This document shows, one piece after another, positions 37,732 through 47,678 of a stretch of DNA of 64,000 bases; positions within the stretch are counted from its first letter, which is position 1; each line of letters begins with the position of its first letter. The DNA comes from a bacterium (GTDB lineage Bacteria; Bacillota_I; Bacilli_A; RFN20; CAG-826). The notes beneath the pieces were generated by a model that saw only the letters and a list, made by a program, of their open reading frames with translations, was not told where the DNA came from and did not search any database. The translations under genes and the position numbers were made by a program. The DNA lies in contig CAVFKA010000006.1 in the NCBI GenBank assembly GCA_963623195.1, positions 102 through 64,101 of the forward strand. Reading direction: 5' to 3'.

Positions 37732-39681
37732 ATGGACGACATCACAAAAGCAGAAAACAATTATACGGCTCAAAACATCGAGCTTTTAAGCGAATTAGAA
37801 GGCGTTAGAAAACGCCCTGGTATGTATATTGGAAGCACCGGTTTAAGTGGGCTTCACCATTTAGTATGGGAAATAGTAGATAATGCCGTCGATGAAGCCA
37901 TCAACGGTTGGGGCAAAAAAATAACCGTAACTATGTTAAGGGACGGTTCTATTTCCGTTGAAGATGAAGGACGTGGCATTCCTGTCGATATCCATCCACA
38001 AGCTAAAGTTCCAGCCGTTCAATTAATTTATACAACATTGCACTCTGGTGGCAAATTCAATAGTAACGTTTATAAAGTCGCTGGCGGTCTTCATGGCGTA
38101 GGCGCCACCGTAACCAACGCTTTATCGGAATTTTGTGAAGTAACAATTTGCCGCGATGGCAAAATCTACCATATTGCATTCAGCAATGGCGGAAAGTTAA
38201 CTCAACCATTAGAAGTTATTGGAACAACGAATAAACACGGAACATTAGTTCATTTCAAACCAGATCCAACCATTTTCCCTAACGTTAAGTTTTCTTGGGA
38301 TACAATCGCCAACCGTTTAGAGGAAAAGAGTTACTTGTTAACTGGGGTCCATTTTATCTTAAAAGATCAAAAGACCGGCAATACTCACGATTTCTACACA
38401 GAACATGGCTTAAAAGAATTCGTTCAATCGATGACTCAAGGTAAAAATCCACTCGGTGAAACACTTTGGTTTGTTGACAAGAACAACCCAATAGAAGTCG
38501 AAATTGCCATGCAATGGTGTGTTGGCGATTACAACGAGAACATCGTCTCTTACGCCAATGACGTAAAAACAGGAGATGGTGGTACTCATGAAACCGCGTT
38601 CAAATCAGCTTTGACTAAAACCTTGAATGAATGGGCTTCGCAAAACGAACTCATAAAGCCAAATCAAACCCTTGATGGATCCGATATTCGTGAAGGCCTA
38701 ACCGCCATCATATCGGTCAAGGCTGCCGATTTATTATTCGAAGGACAGACAAAAGGCAAATTAGGTTCGACAGAGGTAACTCCAATCGTTTCTAATGCCC
38801 TTCAAAATTTCCTTACTTATTATTTAAACGAGCATAAAGACTTCGCTTTAGATTTGATAAAGAAGTGCCAAGCATCAAAAGAAGCACGTGATGCCGCAAG
38901 AAAAGCTAAAGAAGCAGCTCGTGGCGCTCAGAAAAAGAAAGTCGTCGATTACATAATTTCGGATAAGTTAGCCTCAGCTCAATCAAAAGATTACAAAAAC
39001 AACGAACTTTTCATTGTTGAGGGTGATTCCGCAGGAGGCTCCGCAAAAACAGGCCGTGATCGTATGCATCAAGCTATTTTGCCTTTGAGAGGTAAACCAT
39101 TAAATACTGATAGCTTGGGAATCGACAAAATCATCGCTAATACCGAATTTTCAACTCTTATACAAACAATTGGCGCAGGAGTTGGCCAAGATTTCGACGT
39201 TTCCGCATCTAAATATGGAAAAATCATTATTATGACCGATGCCGATACTGATGGAGCTCACATTCAAACCTTGCTTTTAACGTTCTTTTATAACTTCATG
39301 AAACCTCTTATCGACGCAGGAATGATCTATATTGCCCAGCCTCCTCTATACCGCGTATACAAAAAGAGCAATCCAGCAAATCACATTTATTGTTGGAATG
39401 ACGAAGACTTAGAGAAAGCAAAAGCAAAGATTGGCGCAGGATATGGTATCAATCGTTATAAAGGTCTTGGTGAGATGAACGCTTCTCAATTAGCCGAAAC
39501 AACAATGGATAAGAAGAAAAGGGTTCTCATGAGAGTCAAAATTGACGACCCACTCGTAGTCGAAAAAAGAATCAGCGTTTTAATGGGCAAAGATTCAGGT
39601 GCACGTTGGAATTGGATAGAAGAAAACGTGACATTCAACGAGGAAGACTCCTTCCTTGCTGAAATCGAGAAAGGAAAGTAA
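37732..39681 (+). CDS. parE: Type IIA topoisomerase ATPase subunit, assigned as topoisomerase IV ParE
   Basis: GHKL ATPase (VRKRPGMYIG, GLHGVG), Toprim domain (EGDSAGG) and PLRGK. The ParE-versus-GyrB choice rests on plsY-parE-parC synteny. Confidence 0.75.
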   Translation: MDDITKAENNYTAQNIELLSELEGVRKRPGMYIGSTGLSGLHHLVWEIVDNAVDEAINGWGKKITVTMLRDGSISVEDEGRGIPVDIHPQAKVPAVQLIYTTLHSGGKFNSNVYKVAGGLHGVGATVTNALSEFCEVTICRDGKIYHIAFSNGGKLTQPLEVIGTTNKHGTLVHFKPDPTIFPNVKFSWDTIANRLEEKSYLLTGVHFILKDQKTGNTHDFYTEHGLKEFVQSMTQGKNPLGETLWFVDKNNPIEVEIAMQWCVGDYNENIVSYANDVKTGDGGTHETAFKSALTKTLNEWASQNELIKPNQTLDGSDIREGLTAIISVKAADLLFEGQTKGKLGSTEVTPIVSNALQNFLTYYLNEHKDFALDLIKKCQASKEARDAARKAKEAARGAQKKKVVDYIISDKLASAQSKDYKNNELFIVEGDSAGGSAKTGRDRMHQAILPLRGKPLNTDSLGIDKIIANTEFSTLIQTIGAGVGQDFDVSASKYGKIIIMTDADTDGAHIQTLLLTFFYNFMKPLIDAGMIYIAQPPLYRVYKKSNPANHIYCWNDEDLEKAKAKIGAGYGINRYKGLGEMNASQLAETTMDKKKRVLMRVKIDDPLVVEKRISVLMGKDSGARWNWIEENVTFNEEDSFLAEIEKGK

Positions 39682-39683
39682 TT

Positions 39684-42287
39684 ATGGCAAAGAAAATAAA
39701 AGAAGAAGAAATAATTATCGAAAACATAATTTCTGACACACTCGATGAAATGATGGGCGCTAAATACGCCATCTACGCCAAAGATGTTATTCAAGATCGT
39801 GCCATCCCTGATGCTAGAGACGGTTTGAAACCAGTTCAAAGAAGAATCATTTTTGATATGGCGAAAACCGGCAACACCATAGATAAGCCAACAAAGAAAT
39901 GCGCTCACATCGTTGGAGACGTCATGGGTAAATACCACCCACATGGCGACTCTTCAATCTATGAAGCATTAGTCCATATGTCTCAACCATGGGGGTATCG
40001 TTATCCTTTAATCGATTTCCAAGGAAACAACGGTTCAATCGATGGTGATGGAGCGGCTGCTTATCGTTATACAGAAGCAAGATTAAGTGCTCTTTCGAAT
40101 GAATTGGTAGCTGACTTAGATAGAAATACAGTCGATATGGAGCTAACATTCGACGATACAGAACTAGAACCAACCGTTCTCCCTTGTCATTTCCCTAACT
40201 TATTCGCCAATGGCACAGAAGGTATCGCGGTTGGCATTGCAACCAGTATCCCGCCTCATAATTTAGGTGAACTTTCTCATGCCGTCGCCCATAGGATAAA
40301 ACATCCAAATTGTGACTTAGAATCCTTATTAAATTATCTTCCAGGCCCAGATTTCCCTACAGGTGGCATCATCTACGATAACGACTCAATGAAAGACATA
40401 TACAGAGTCGGCAGGGGAAAAGTCACAATTTCATCCAAATATGAATTTGTGGACGATGGAAAACAAAAACAAATAATCATCACAGAAATCCCCTATAGAA
40501 CAAACAAATCGGAACTTGTCAAATCAATCGATCAAATAAGACACGACAAGACAATCCCAGGAATCGAAGAAGTTCGCGACGAATCCGATAAAGAAGGAAT
40601 CCGTATCGCCATCGATTTAAAGAATGAAGCCAAGCCAGAAGCCATTATCGCTTATTTGCTTAACAAAACTGAGTTAAAGGTTTCTTATAGCGCCCATATG
40701 GTCGCCATTGTCGATAATCGTCCAAAGACGATGAACCTTATCGATTATTGTGACTGCTATATCGCCCATGAATTGGATGTTATTTCGCGTCGCACTCGTT
40801 ACAATCTTGATAAAGACAACATAAGAATCAACATCGTTAATGGTTTGATAAAAGCAATCTCCATCCTCGATGAAGTTGTCGCGACCATTCGCCAATCCAA
40901 AGACAAAGCCGATTCAAAAATCAACATTCAAAACAAATTTGGTTTCGACGAGCCTCAATCCGAGGCCATCGTAACAATGCCTCTTTACAAGCTTTCACAC
41001 ACTGATGTCTCCGTGCTTGAAAAAGAAAGAGATGACCTCAATGCCGATATCGCCTATTTAAACGACTTATTAAGCGATCAAAGCAAGAGAGAAGATTTAA
41101 TAATTTCCGATTTATCCCGCATTGCCAAAACATATGGAGATAAGAGAAAAACAGAAATTAAACCAGCCGAAGAAGAAAACGTTGTCGTAAATAAGAGAGA
41201 TCTTATCGCAAAGGAAGACGTTTTCGTTGTCGCAACAAGAGATGGCTATATTAAACGTTCATCGCTCAAATCTTGGAAAGGGAGCGGCGGACATAACGGA
41301 ATTCGTCCAGGCATAAAAACCGGTGATACATTTGTTTTCGAGGCTCAATGCGTCACGACAGACTATTTAATTCTTTTCACAACAAAAGGAAATTTCCTAT
41401 ATATTCCAGTAAATGAAATAAAAGAAGCGAAATGGAACGATGAAGGTTTCCATATATCCTCTTTAATAAATGTAGTTCCTGACGATAAGATAATCGGAGG
41501 CTTTGCCGTTAGAAAGTTCCGTAACGACCTATTCATTGTGATGCTCACAAAGAATGGCTATATCAAACGTTGCAGATTATCAGCATTTGAAGTCATAAGA
41601 AAATCGAAGGCGATTGCCGCTATCCGTTTAGGAAAAGGCGATGAATTAATCGATGTTTGCTTCACGAGCGGACAATCAAATATCTTTATTGCCTCTAAGG
41701 AAGGCAAGGCCGCTTTCTATAACGAAAACGAGATTAGCATCACAAATCCTAAGACATCCGGAAATAAAGCCGGATCATTTAGAGGAAAAGAGCTAGCTGG
41801 CTTACTTTCCTATGACCCTGAAGAAAAATTAGGAAAAGTCATGTTTGTCACAGACCGTTGCCACACAAGGATCTTTGACATGAATAAAATTCCATGCGGA
41901 CATAGATTAGATAAAGCATTTACTTTATATGATATGTTCAAAAAAGAACCTCATTCCTTGGTTTTCTTGCAAAAGGTAGGGGATAAAGAGCCACCATATG
42001 CCCTTGATGCCATTTTGAATGACTTAACGAGATATGATGTGAAATTTGAGGATTTCTATCTAACGCCAATGGAAAAATATGCCAAACGTCCGGATGATTT
42101 CCCTGCCAAAAACCATATTTTAAGAATTTCTCGTGAAGTATCTCCATTGATTGATGAGACAATAAAATCTTATGAACCAGCTCATCAAGAAGAAGAACCA
42201 ATAGAAGAAACTTCCGAAGAGGCAAAAGCGGAAACAAACAGCACATTCGAACAAATTTCCTTATTCGATGATTTAAACGATGAATAA
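39684..42287 (+). CDS. parC: Type IIA topoisomerase breakage-reunion subunit, assigned as topoisomerase IV ParC
   Basis: AAAYRYTEARL catalytic-Tyr region. I could not find a canonical GyrA box (QRRGGKG). The C-terminal tail is acidic. Confidence 0.75.
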   Translation: MAKKIKEEEIIIENIISDTLDEMMGAKYAIYAKDVIQDRAIPDARDGLKPVQRRIIFDMAKTGNTIDKPTKKCAHIVGDVMGKYHPHGDSSIYEALVHMSQPWGYRYPLIDFQGNNGSIDGDGAAAYRYTEARLSALSNELVADLDRNTVDMELTFDDTELEPTVLPCHFPNLFANGTEGIAVGIATSIPPHNLGELSHAVAHRIKHPNCDLESLLNYLPGPDFPTGGIIYDNDSMKDIYRVGRGKVTISSKYEFVDDGKQKQIIITEIPYRTNKSELVKSIDQIRHDKTIPGIEEVRDESDKEGIRIAIDLKNEAKPEAIIAYLLNKTELKVSYSAHMVAIVDNRPKTMNLIDYCDCYIAHELDVISRRTRYNLDKDNIRINIVNGLIKAISILDEVVATIRQSKDKADSKINIQNKFGFDEPQSEAIVTMPLYKLSHTDVSVLEKERDDLNADIAYLNDLLSDQSKREDLIISDLSRIAKTYGDKRKTEIKPAEEENVVVNKRDLIAKEDVFVVATRDGYIKRSSLKSWKGSGGHNGIRPGIKTGDTFVFEAQCVTTDYLILFTTKGNFLYIPVNEIKEAKWNDEGFHISSLINVVPDDKIIGGFAVRKFRNDLFIVMLTKNGYIKRCRLSAFEVIRKSKAIAAIRLGKGDELIDVCFTSGQSNIFIASKEGKAAFYNENEISITNPKTSGNKAGSFRGKELAGLLSYDPEEKLGKVMFVTDRCHTRIFDMNKIPCGHRLDKAFTLYDMFKKEPHSLVFLQKVGDKEPPYALDAILNDLTRYDVKFEDFYLTPMEKYAKRPDDFPAKNHILRISREVSPLIDETIKSYEPAHQEEEPIEETSEEAKAETNSTFEQISLFDDLNDE

Positions 42288-42804
42288 AAAAGCAATTCCT
42301 TTCGCCATAGCAAAATCAGTCTATAAAATTCCGTTATCATTTTACGCTGAAAACGGGATAAAACACATTTTGTTAGACCTCGATAATACCTTAGCTTCAT
42401 ATAAGGAGAAAACTCCATCAAAGGAGACTAAGGAACTCATTAAAACATTGAAGGATGCTGGACTTAGCGTTGCAATTGCCTCGAATAACACAAACGAAAG
42501 AGTTCACAATTTCGCTAAAGAGTTAGGAATTCCGGCCTATTGTGCAATGAAAAAGCCATTCTCTGGCCCATTAAAAAAAGTTATTGAAAAAGAAAGTTTC
42601 AATCCAAACGAAACGATTTTGATAGGGGATCAGATACTGACTGACGTATATGCGGCTAATGGTGCAGGCATCAGAGCAATACTTTGCAAGCCTCTAACCC
42701 CTCTTGATCCTCCTTGGACAAAAATTAATCGTTTCCTTGCAAAAGGCAAAATGAGAAAGCTATATAAAGAACCTTATATAAATATGTGGAAGGAGATTTT
42801 ATGA
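42280..42804 (+). CDS. yqeG: YqeG-family HAD-IIIA phosphatase
   Basis: LLDLDNTL and GDQILTD motifs. It heads a yqeG-yqeH-yhbY-nadD-rsfS cluster. Confidence 0.85.
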   Translation: MNKKAIPFAIAKSVYKIPLSFYAENGIKHILLDLDNTLASYKEKTPSKETKELIKTLKDAGLSVAIASNNTNERVHNFAKELGIPAYCAMKKPFSGPLKKVIEKESFNPNETILIGDQILTDVYAANGAGIRAILCKPLTPLDPPWTKINRFLAKGKMRKLYKEPYINMWKEIL

Positions 42805-43979
42805 AAACATTTCAAAGTTTGAAACGTTGCTGTCATTGTGGAACCGTAATTCAAAGCGAGGATCCAACAAAAGAAGGATATCTAGACGAAACACAAGCAA
42901 ACAAATTAGACGAAAACTCCGTTGTTTTGTGTGATTCCTGCTATAAAAAGCAACGTTATAACCGCTCTCCAAAAGCAAATGAGGCATCAAATGATATCAA
43001 AACGATGCTAAAGGATGCAAAGGCGAGTGATTCGATGATTGTATCAATTATTGATTTAACTTCTTTTGAATGTTCCTTCAACGCTGATGTTTTCGAAATA
43101 AGCAAAGGTTTGAAACACATATTGGTCGCGAATAAATGCGATTTGATGCCAAAAGAGTATTCCGCAGATGACTTAAAGAGATACATAATCGATGTTTATG
43201 AAGAATACGGGGCAAAAATAGGCCCAAATGATATTTTCTTGACATCTCTTTTGTCACATGGCGACATTTCAGAAATCATCGATTATATCGAGAAAGAAAG
43301 AAACGGTCATGACGTCTATATTATCGGAGACATTTCAAGTGGCAAATCAACTTTCCTTGATGCTTTCTTGAAAAATTACAAAAACAAATCGAATCACGCT
43401 GTCGGAATAAGCAGATACTATGGAACGAATATCGACGTTCTCAGAATCCCCCTAGATTCATCCTCTTATATATATGATACTCCAGGGTCGGAATTATCAA
43501 ATTCGTTCTACAAATTCACCAAACAAGATAAAGTTCTTGCAAAATATCTCCTAACGGATAAACCTTATATCGGTAAAAAAGTATCCATCGAAAAGAACGG
43601 ATCTTTATTCGTTTCATCCTTGCTAAGAATTGATTATACCGGCGATGACAAGAAAATCTCATTGAATCTTCATTTGCCACATAAGGTTGAGACAAAAATA
43701 GTTTCACCAAAGAAAAACATGGATGAATTGTTCATGAAATACCACGAGAAAAAAGCTTTGAAGCCAGATTTGTCGTTTATTGAATCAATCAGCGATTACG
43801 ATATCTTCGATGCAACATTAGAAGATGCAAATCATCAAGAATTAGCCATATCAGGCTTAGGATGGATCTCATTCAAAAGTAAGACACCAGTTAAATTAAG
43901 AATTTACGTTCCGAAAGGAATTGGAATTTATGCCGGAAGGGCGAAAGGACACAAAAACAATGTTAACACCAAAAAATAA
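42801..43979 (+). CDS. yqeH: Circularly permuted ribosome-biogenesis GTPase YqeH
   Basis: N-terminal zinc finger (CHCG...CDSC). G-motif order is NKCDL then GDISSGKST then DTPG. The start overlaps yqeG by ATGA. Confidence 0.85.
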   Translation: MKTFQSLKRCCHCGTVIQSEDPTKEGYLDETQANKLDENSVVLCDSCYKKQRYNRSPKANEASNDIKTMLKDAKASDSMIVSIIDLTSFECSFNADVFEISKGLKHILVANKCDLMPKEYSADDLKRYIIDVYEEYGAKIGPNDIFLTSLLSHGDISEIIDYIEKERNGHDVYIIGDISSGKSTFLDAFLKNYKNKSNHAVGISRYYGTNIDVLRIPLDSSSYIYDTPGSELSNSFYKFTKQDKVLAKYLLTDKPYIGKKVSIEKNGSLFVSSLLRIDYTGDDKKISLNLHLPHKVETKIVSPKKNMDELFMKYHEKKALKPDLSFIESISDYDIFDATLEDANHQELAISGLGWISFKSKTPVKLRIYVPKGIGIYAGRAKGHKNNVNTKK

Positions 43980-44247
43980 AGCATATTTAAAAGGCTTAGC
44001 AAATCACTTAAAGCCACAAATCAACCTCGGAAAAGGTGAAATCGATGAAGGAGTTATCTCTTCAATCAACAATTCGCTGGATGCCCATGAATTAATCAAG
44101 ATAAAGGTTCTACAAAATTCCAATGAATTATGCAACGATTTAGCAAATCAAATAACCAAAGCCACGAAATCTGACTTAGTCGCCATCATTGGAAGGGTGA
44201 TAATCCTTTATCGCGTAAATGAAAAGAATCACAAAATAATCTTATAA
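43960..44247 (+). CDS. yhbY: YhbY/YqeI CRM-domain RNA-binding protein
   Basis: LKGLANHLKPQINLGKGEI...HELIKIKV is typical of the family. ATG 43960 overlaps yqeH by 20 nt. Confidence 0.8.
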   Translation: MLTPKNKAYLKGLANHLKPQINLGKGEIDEGVISSINNSLDAHELIKIKVLQNSNELCNDLANQITKATKSDLVAIIGRVIILYRVNEKNHKIIL

Positions 44248-44248
44248 G

Positions 44249-45358
44249 ATGGAAAGACTAATTATTTTTGGTGGGACATTCGACCCGATACACAATGGTC
44301 ATTTAAGAATCGCAAGAGAAGCTTCGTTAGTTTTAAATGCCGACGTCGTTTTCGTACCAGCGAAATCGCCAAGGTGGAAAGAGCCAACGGCTTCATCGAA
44401 AGATAGGCTAAAAATGTTGAAATTGGCCATGCAAGAGAATGGCTCATCATCTTTTTATATAGACGAATACGAATTAAAAAAGAACGATGAGGTTAACTAT
44501 TCATTCGATACGGTGTCTTATTTCAAAAAGAAATATCCAAAAAAAGAGTTGTTTTTACTCATCGGTGCGGATGAAGTTAATAAATTTCCGGCTTGGCATA
44601 AAGCCAAGGAATTATCCAAGATGGCCAAAATCGTTTTTGCCAATCGTCCAGAAATAGATATCGATCAAAAAATCGTTAGCGAATACAAGATGGTTACGTT
44701 AAACTTCTTTGAATCTGGAGAAGTCTCATCAAGTGCCATAAGAAACCTTCAATCGATTGATACATCATCTAAAGTATTAAATTACATAATTGAGAACAAC
44801 CTATATTTTATGAAGAAACTGCACGCTTTTTTAGGTGACAAGAGGTTAAATCACTCTTTGTCAGTCGCAAAAGTGGCTTTTTCAATTGCGAAAGCGAACA
44901 AAATAGATAAGCCAGAGAGAGCCTTTATTGCCGGGGCGTTGCATGATATAGGCAAAGAGCTTTCAAAAGATGAATCATTAAAAATAATGAATGAATTCTT
45001 TAAAGATTACAAAGACTATCCTTCATTCGCCTGGCATCAATTCACTGGATCTTATTTAGCGAAAGAAAAGTTCGGCATAAAAGACATATCGATTTTAGAT
45101 GCAATAAAATATCACTGCACAGGTAAAGCCCATATGTCTCAGTTAGCAAAAATAATCTATGCCGCGGATAAAATAGAGCCAACAAGAGGTTATGACTCGT
45201 CATCTTTGATAAAAGATTGTCTAGATGATTATTATGTTGGCTTCTTGCATGTAATTAAGGAAAATGCAAAATTTCTATCAGCCAAGGGAGATTCAACTTC
45301 AATCCCATTAACTAAAGAATGTTTTGCTGAATATTTAAACAAGGAGGGCAGACAATGA
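44249..45358 (+). CDS. nadD: Fusion protein: nicotinate-nucleotide adenylyltransferase NadD plus HD-domain YqeK hydrolase
   Basis: N-terminal GGTFDPIHNGH and a SSSAIR-type motif. The C-terminal HD domain carries GALHDIGKE. The whole is one uninterrupted 369-aa frame. Confidence 0.85.
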   Translation: MERLIIFGGTFDPIHNGHLRIAREASLVLNADVVFVPAKSPRWKEPTASSKDRLKMLKLAMQENGSSSFYIDEYELKKNDEVNYSFDTVSYFKKKYPKKELFLLIGADEVNKFPAWHKAKELSKMAKIVFANRPEIDIDQKIVSEYKMVTLNFFESGEVSSSAIRNLQSIDTSSKVLNYIIENNLYFMKKLHAFLGDKRLNHSLSVAKVAFSIAKANKIDKPERAFIAGALHDIGKELSKDESLKIMNEFFKDYKDYPSFAWHQFTGSYLAKEKFGIKDISILDAIKYHCTGKAHMSQLAKIIYAADKIEPTRGYDSSSLIKDCLDDYYVGFLHVIKENAKFLSAKGDSTSIPLTKECFAEYLNKEGRQ

Positions 45359-45660
45359 TTAAAGTAGAAGATGTAATAAGCCTGTTAGATGAGAAGAAGA
45401 TAGAAGATATAGTAAAGATCGACGTAAAAGACAGAACTCCATTCTCGGAATATTATGTGATTGGAACCGCAAGTAACGAAAGGCAACTCGAAGCAATCGC
45501 TCAAACCGTCGACGATTACATTTACGAAACTGAAAAGACCTTTGCTAAAAAAGATGGAACAGCAGCTAGCGGATGGTATGTAGTCGATATTGGAAACATA
45601 GTCATTCATTTAATGACAAAAGAAAAGAGAGAACTATTTAAACTTGAAGATATAAAGTAA
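45355..45660 (+). CDS. rsfS: Ribosomal silencing factor RsfS
   Basis: A 101-aa protein with YYVIGTASNERQ and GWYVVDIGNIVIHLM motifs. The start overlaps nadD by ATGA. Confidence 0.88.
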   Translation: MIKVEDVISLLDEKKIEDIVKIDVKDRTPFSEYYVIGTASNERQLEAIAQTVDDYIYETEKTFAKKDGTAASGWYVVDIGNIVIHLMTKEKRELFKLEDIK

Positions 45661-45676
45661 GTAAACTATTCATTAA

Positions 45677-45706
45677 AACGCAGTCAATATATGATTGCGT
45701 TTTTTG
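45677..45706 (+). terminator. Intrinsic terminator after rsfS
   Basis: 10-bp stem AACGCAGTCA-atata-TGATTGCGTT followed by TTTTTG. Confidence 0.8.
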
Positions 45707-45956
45707 CTTTTTTCCAAAATCATATCTAAATAAACGAAATCAGAAGAAGAAGCTGACACAGAGCAAAATCAAATCAAAGTATAAGTAAGCATTAATGAAA
45801 TGACTAAATTTAAAAATAGATGCAGAAAAATGTTTTTCTTAAAAGTATCAATGGCACATAAAAGCATCACATAATAAGAAGAAGTAACCACTAACAATTT
45901 TAAAATTATTATTTCGCATGTATTCGTTTTATATTCAATTCACTCAAAAACACATA

Positions 45957-45984
45957 ACTTCGCATAATGTCCGTTATGTTAACA
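45957..45984 (+). other. dif: Candidate dif site (XerC/XerD chromosome-dimer resolution site)
   Basis: ACTTCGCATAA-TGTCCG-TTATGTTAACA. It matches E. coli dif at 20/28 positions and B. subtilis dif at 19/28 (both consensus sequences recalled from memory). The inner arm halves GCATAA and TTATGT form the expected imperfect palindrome. It lies in the strand-switch spacer, with xerD 1.7 kb away. Confidence 0.6.
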
Positions 45985-46090
45985 AAAAGAAGTGTAAAAC
46001 CCTTTTTTACAATGTTTCTTATAATGTTTTATTTTTGCTTTTAAATTTATCCACATAGATTTTGATAGTTTTTCACATATTTTTAAAACT

Positions 46091-46106
46091 ACTAATTATT
46101 TACTAA
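46091..46106 (+). repeat. ACTAA phased direct repeat, copy D
   Basis: ACTAA-ttattt-ACTAA, inside the long non-coding terminus spacer. Confidence 0.55.
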
Positions 46107-46373
46107 TCACATATTTTAATCAAACGTATCTGTTTCTTCATTTGCAAGCCAAGAATTCATTTGAATCTCAATTCAGCCAAATCACGTAAAACCCTTATTT
46201 TAACGATTCACTGACTTTCTTCTAAAAATAACTTAGGGGTTTTAAATAGAGCGATCATTGACCACTTTCTTTTTTTACTATTTAAATAAAAAACCTCAAC
46301 CAATTTATTCAGTAATTTTTTACTTATTATATTTAACGTCAATTTCTTATCTTTTGTCACATTATTGGAGAAT

Positions 46374-46406
46374 AAAAAAATCGATGCAAATTATCTTTGC
46401 ATCGAT
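46374..46406 (-). terminator. Intrinsic terminator after deoB
   Basis: 11-bp stem ATCGATGCAAA-ttatc-TTTGCATCGAT. It is preceded on the plus strand by AAAAAAA, which is the T-run on the minus strand. Confidence 0.8.
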
Positions 46407-46427
46407 TGCTTAATAATCAAGTCAATT

Positions 46428-47621
46428 CTATTCAAGAATTTCATCAATTGGCGTTCCAATTAAATCGTTTGTCCTTGTTAATCCAAAGTTCTTTAAGATC
46501 GTTGCGCCTATATCAGAGAACGTCGCTCTTTCATCCAAATACCTTCCGGTTTTGATACTAGGAGAGTAAACCAATAATGGTATTTTTTCTCTTGTGTGGT
46601 CAGTTCCTTTAAATGTTGGGTCATTTCCGTGATCGGCAGTTATCATTAATAGATCGTCTTCATGCATGACTTGCATCATTTCGCCGACTCTTTTATCTAA
46701 ATCTTCCAAAGCTCTTGCGTATCCTGGGGCGTTTCTTCGATGTCCATATTCCGAATCGAATTCAACGAGGTTTACAAAGCAAAGCCCTGTCCAATCTTCA
46801 TTTTTGACTTGCTCAATGGTTTTATCCATTCCGTCCATATTCGAGACCGTATGAACAGTTTTTGTTACGCCAGCCATATCAAAGATATCGGATATTTTTC
46901 CAACACAACTAGTCATAAAGCCATTATCTTTGAGGATTTCCATATCGGTCTTAACAGGTGGTTGCAAAGCATAATCATGGCGATTCGCGGTACGTTTGAA
47001 ATTATCTTTATTGGTTCCAATAAATGGTCTAGCTATTATTCTTCCAACACGATATTCAGGTCTTAAGCAGATTTCTCTGGCGATTTCGCAACAACGATAA
47101 AGTTCATCAACCCCCGTAGTTTCCTCATGTGCGGCAATTTGAAGAACGGAATCCGAGGATGTATAAACAATCAAAGAATTGTCCCTCATTTGTTCTTCGC
47201 CTAAGACTTTAAGAATTTCTGTGCCACTCGATGAATAATTACCGATTATCTTATGACCTGTCTTTTTCTCAAGCTCATCGATGAGTTCTTTAGGGAAGCC
47301 CGTATCGGTAAAAGTTTTAAATGGCTCTTTCGTTAAAATGCCCATCATTTCCCAATGGCCAGTGAGAGTATCTTTACCATTAGACTCTTCACGGCAGCGG
47401 AGAGCGAAACTATTTCGGTGATTTTTTACCGGTTTAACCCCTTTGATTTCATCTAATTCCCCGATGCCAAAACTTTCCATAAAAGGAACGTTCAATCCGC
47501 CAATTGATTCAGCTGCGTGAGCCCAGGTATTTGAGCCAACATCACCGAACTTATCGGCATCCGGTTCCTCGCCAACGCCAGCGCTATCAGCGACAATCAG
47601 GAATATTCTTTTGAATTTCAT
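46428..47621 (-). CDS. deoB: Phosphopentomutase
   Basis: MKFKRIFLIVADSAGVG N-terminus and the ITADHGNDP metal-site motif. GGAGAC lies upstream of ATG 47621. The ORF-track extension is rejected. Confidence 0.92.
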   Translation of the reverse strand: MKFKRIFLIVADSAGVGEEPDADKFGDVGSNTWAHAAESIGGLNVPFMESFGIGELDEIKGVKPVKNHRNSFALRCREESNGKDTLTGHWEMMGILTKEPFKTFTDTGFPKELIDELEKKTGHKIIGNYSSSGTEILKVLGEEQMRDNSLIVYTSSDSVLQIAAHEETTGVDELYRCCEIAREICLRPEYRVGRIIARPFIGTNKDNFKRTANRHDYALQPPVKTDMEILKDNGFMTSCVGKISDIFDMAGVTKTVHTVSNMDGMDKTIEQVKNEDWTGLCFVNLVEFDSEYGHRRNAPGYARALEDLDKRVGEMMQVMHEDDLLMITADHGNDPTFKGTDHTREKIPLLVYSPSIKTGRYLDERATFSDIGATILKNFGLTRTNDLIGTPIDEILE

Positions 47622-47678
47622 ATATCTTGTCTCCTTATTAATAAAGAATGAATGCGTTTTCCAGCAGAACATTATATT

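Noticed and set aside
45913-45938. Second, degenerate dif-like sequence (TTCGCATGTATTCGTTTTATATTCAA) 20 bp upstream of the main candidate
   Set aside because: Alignment needs gaps in the XerC arm and loses the TTATGT core. It is too weak to call.
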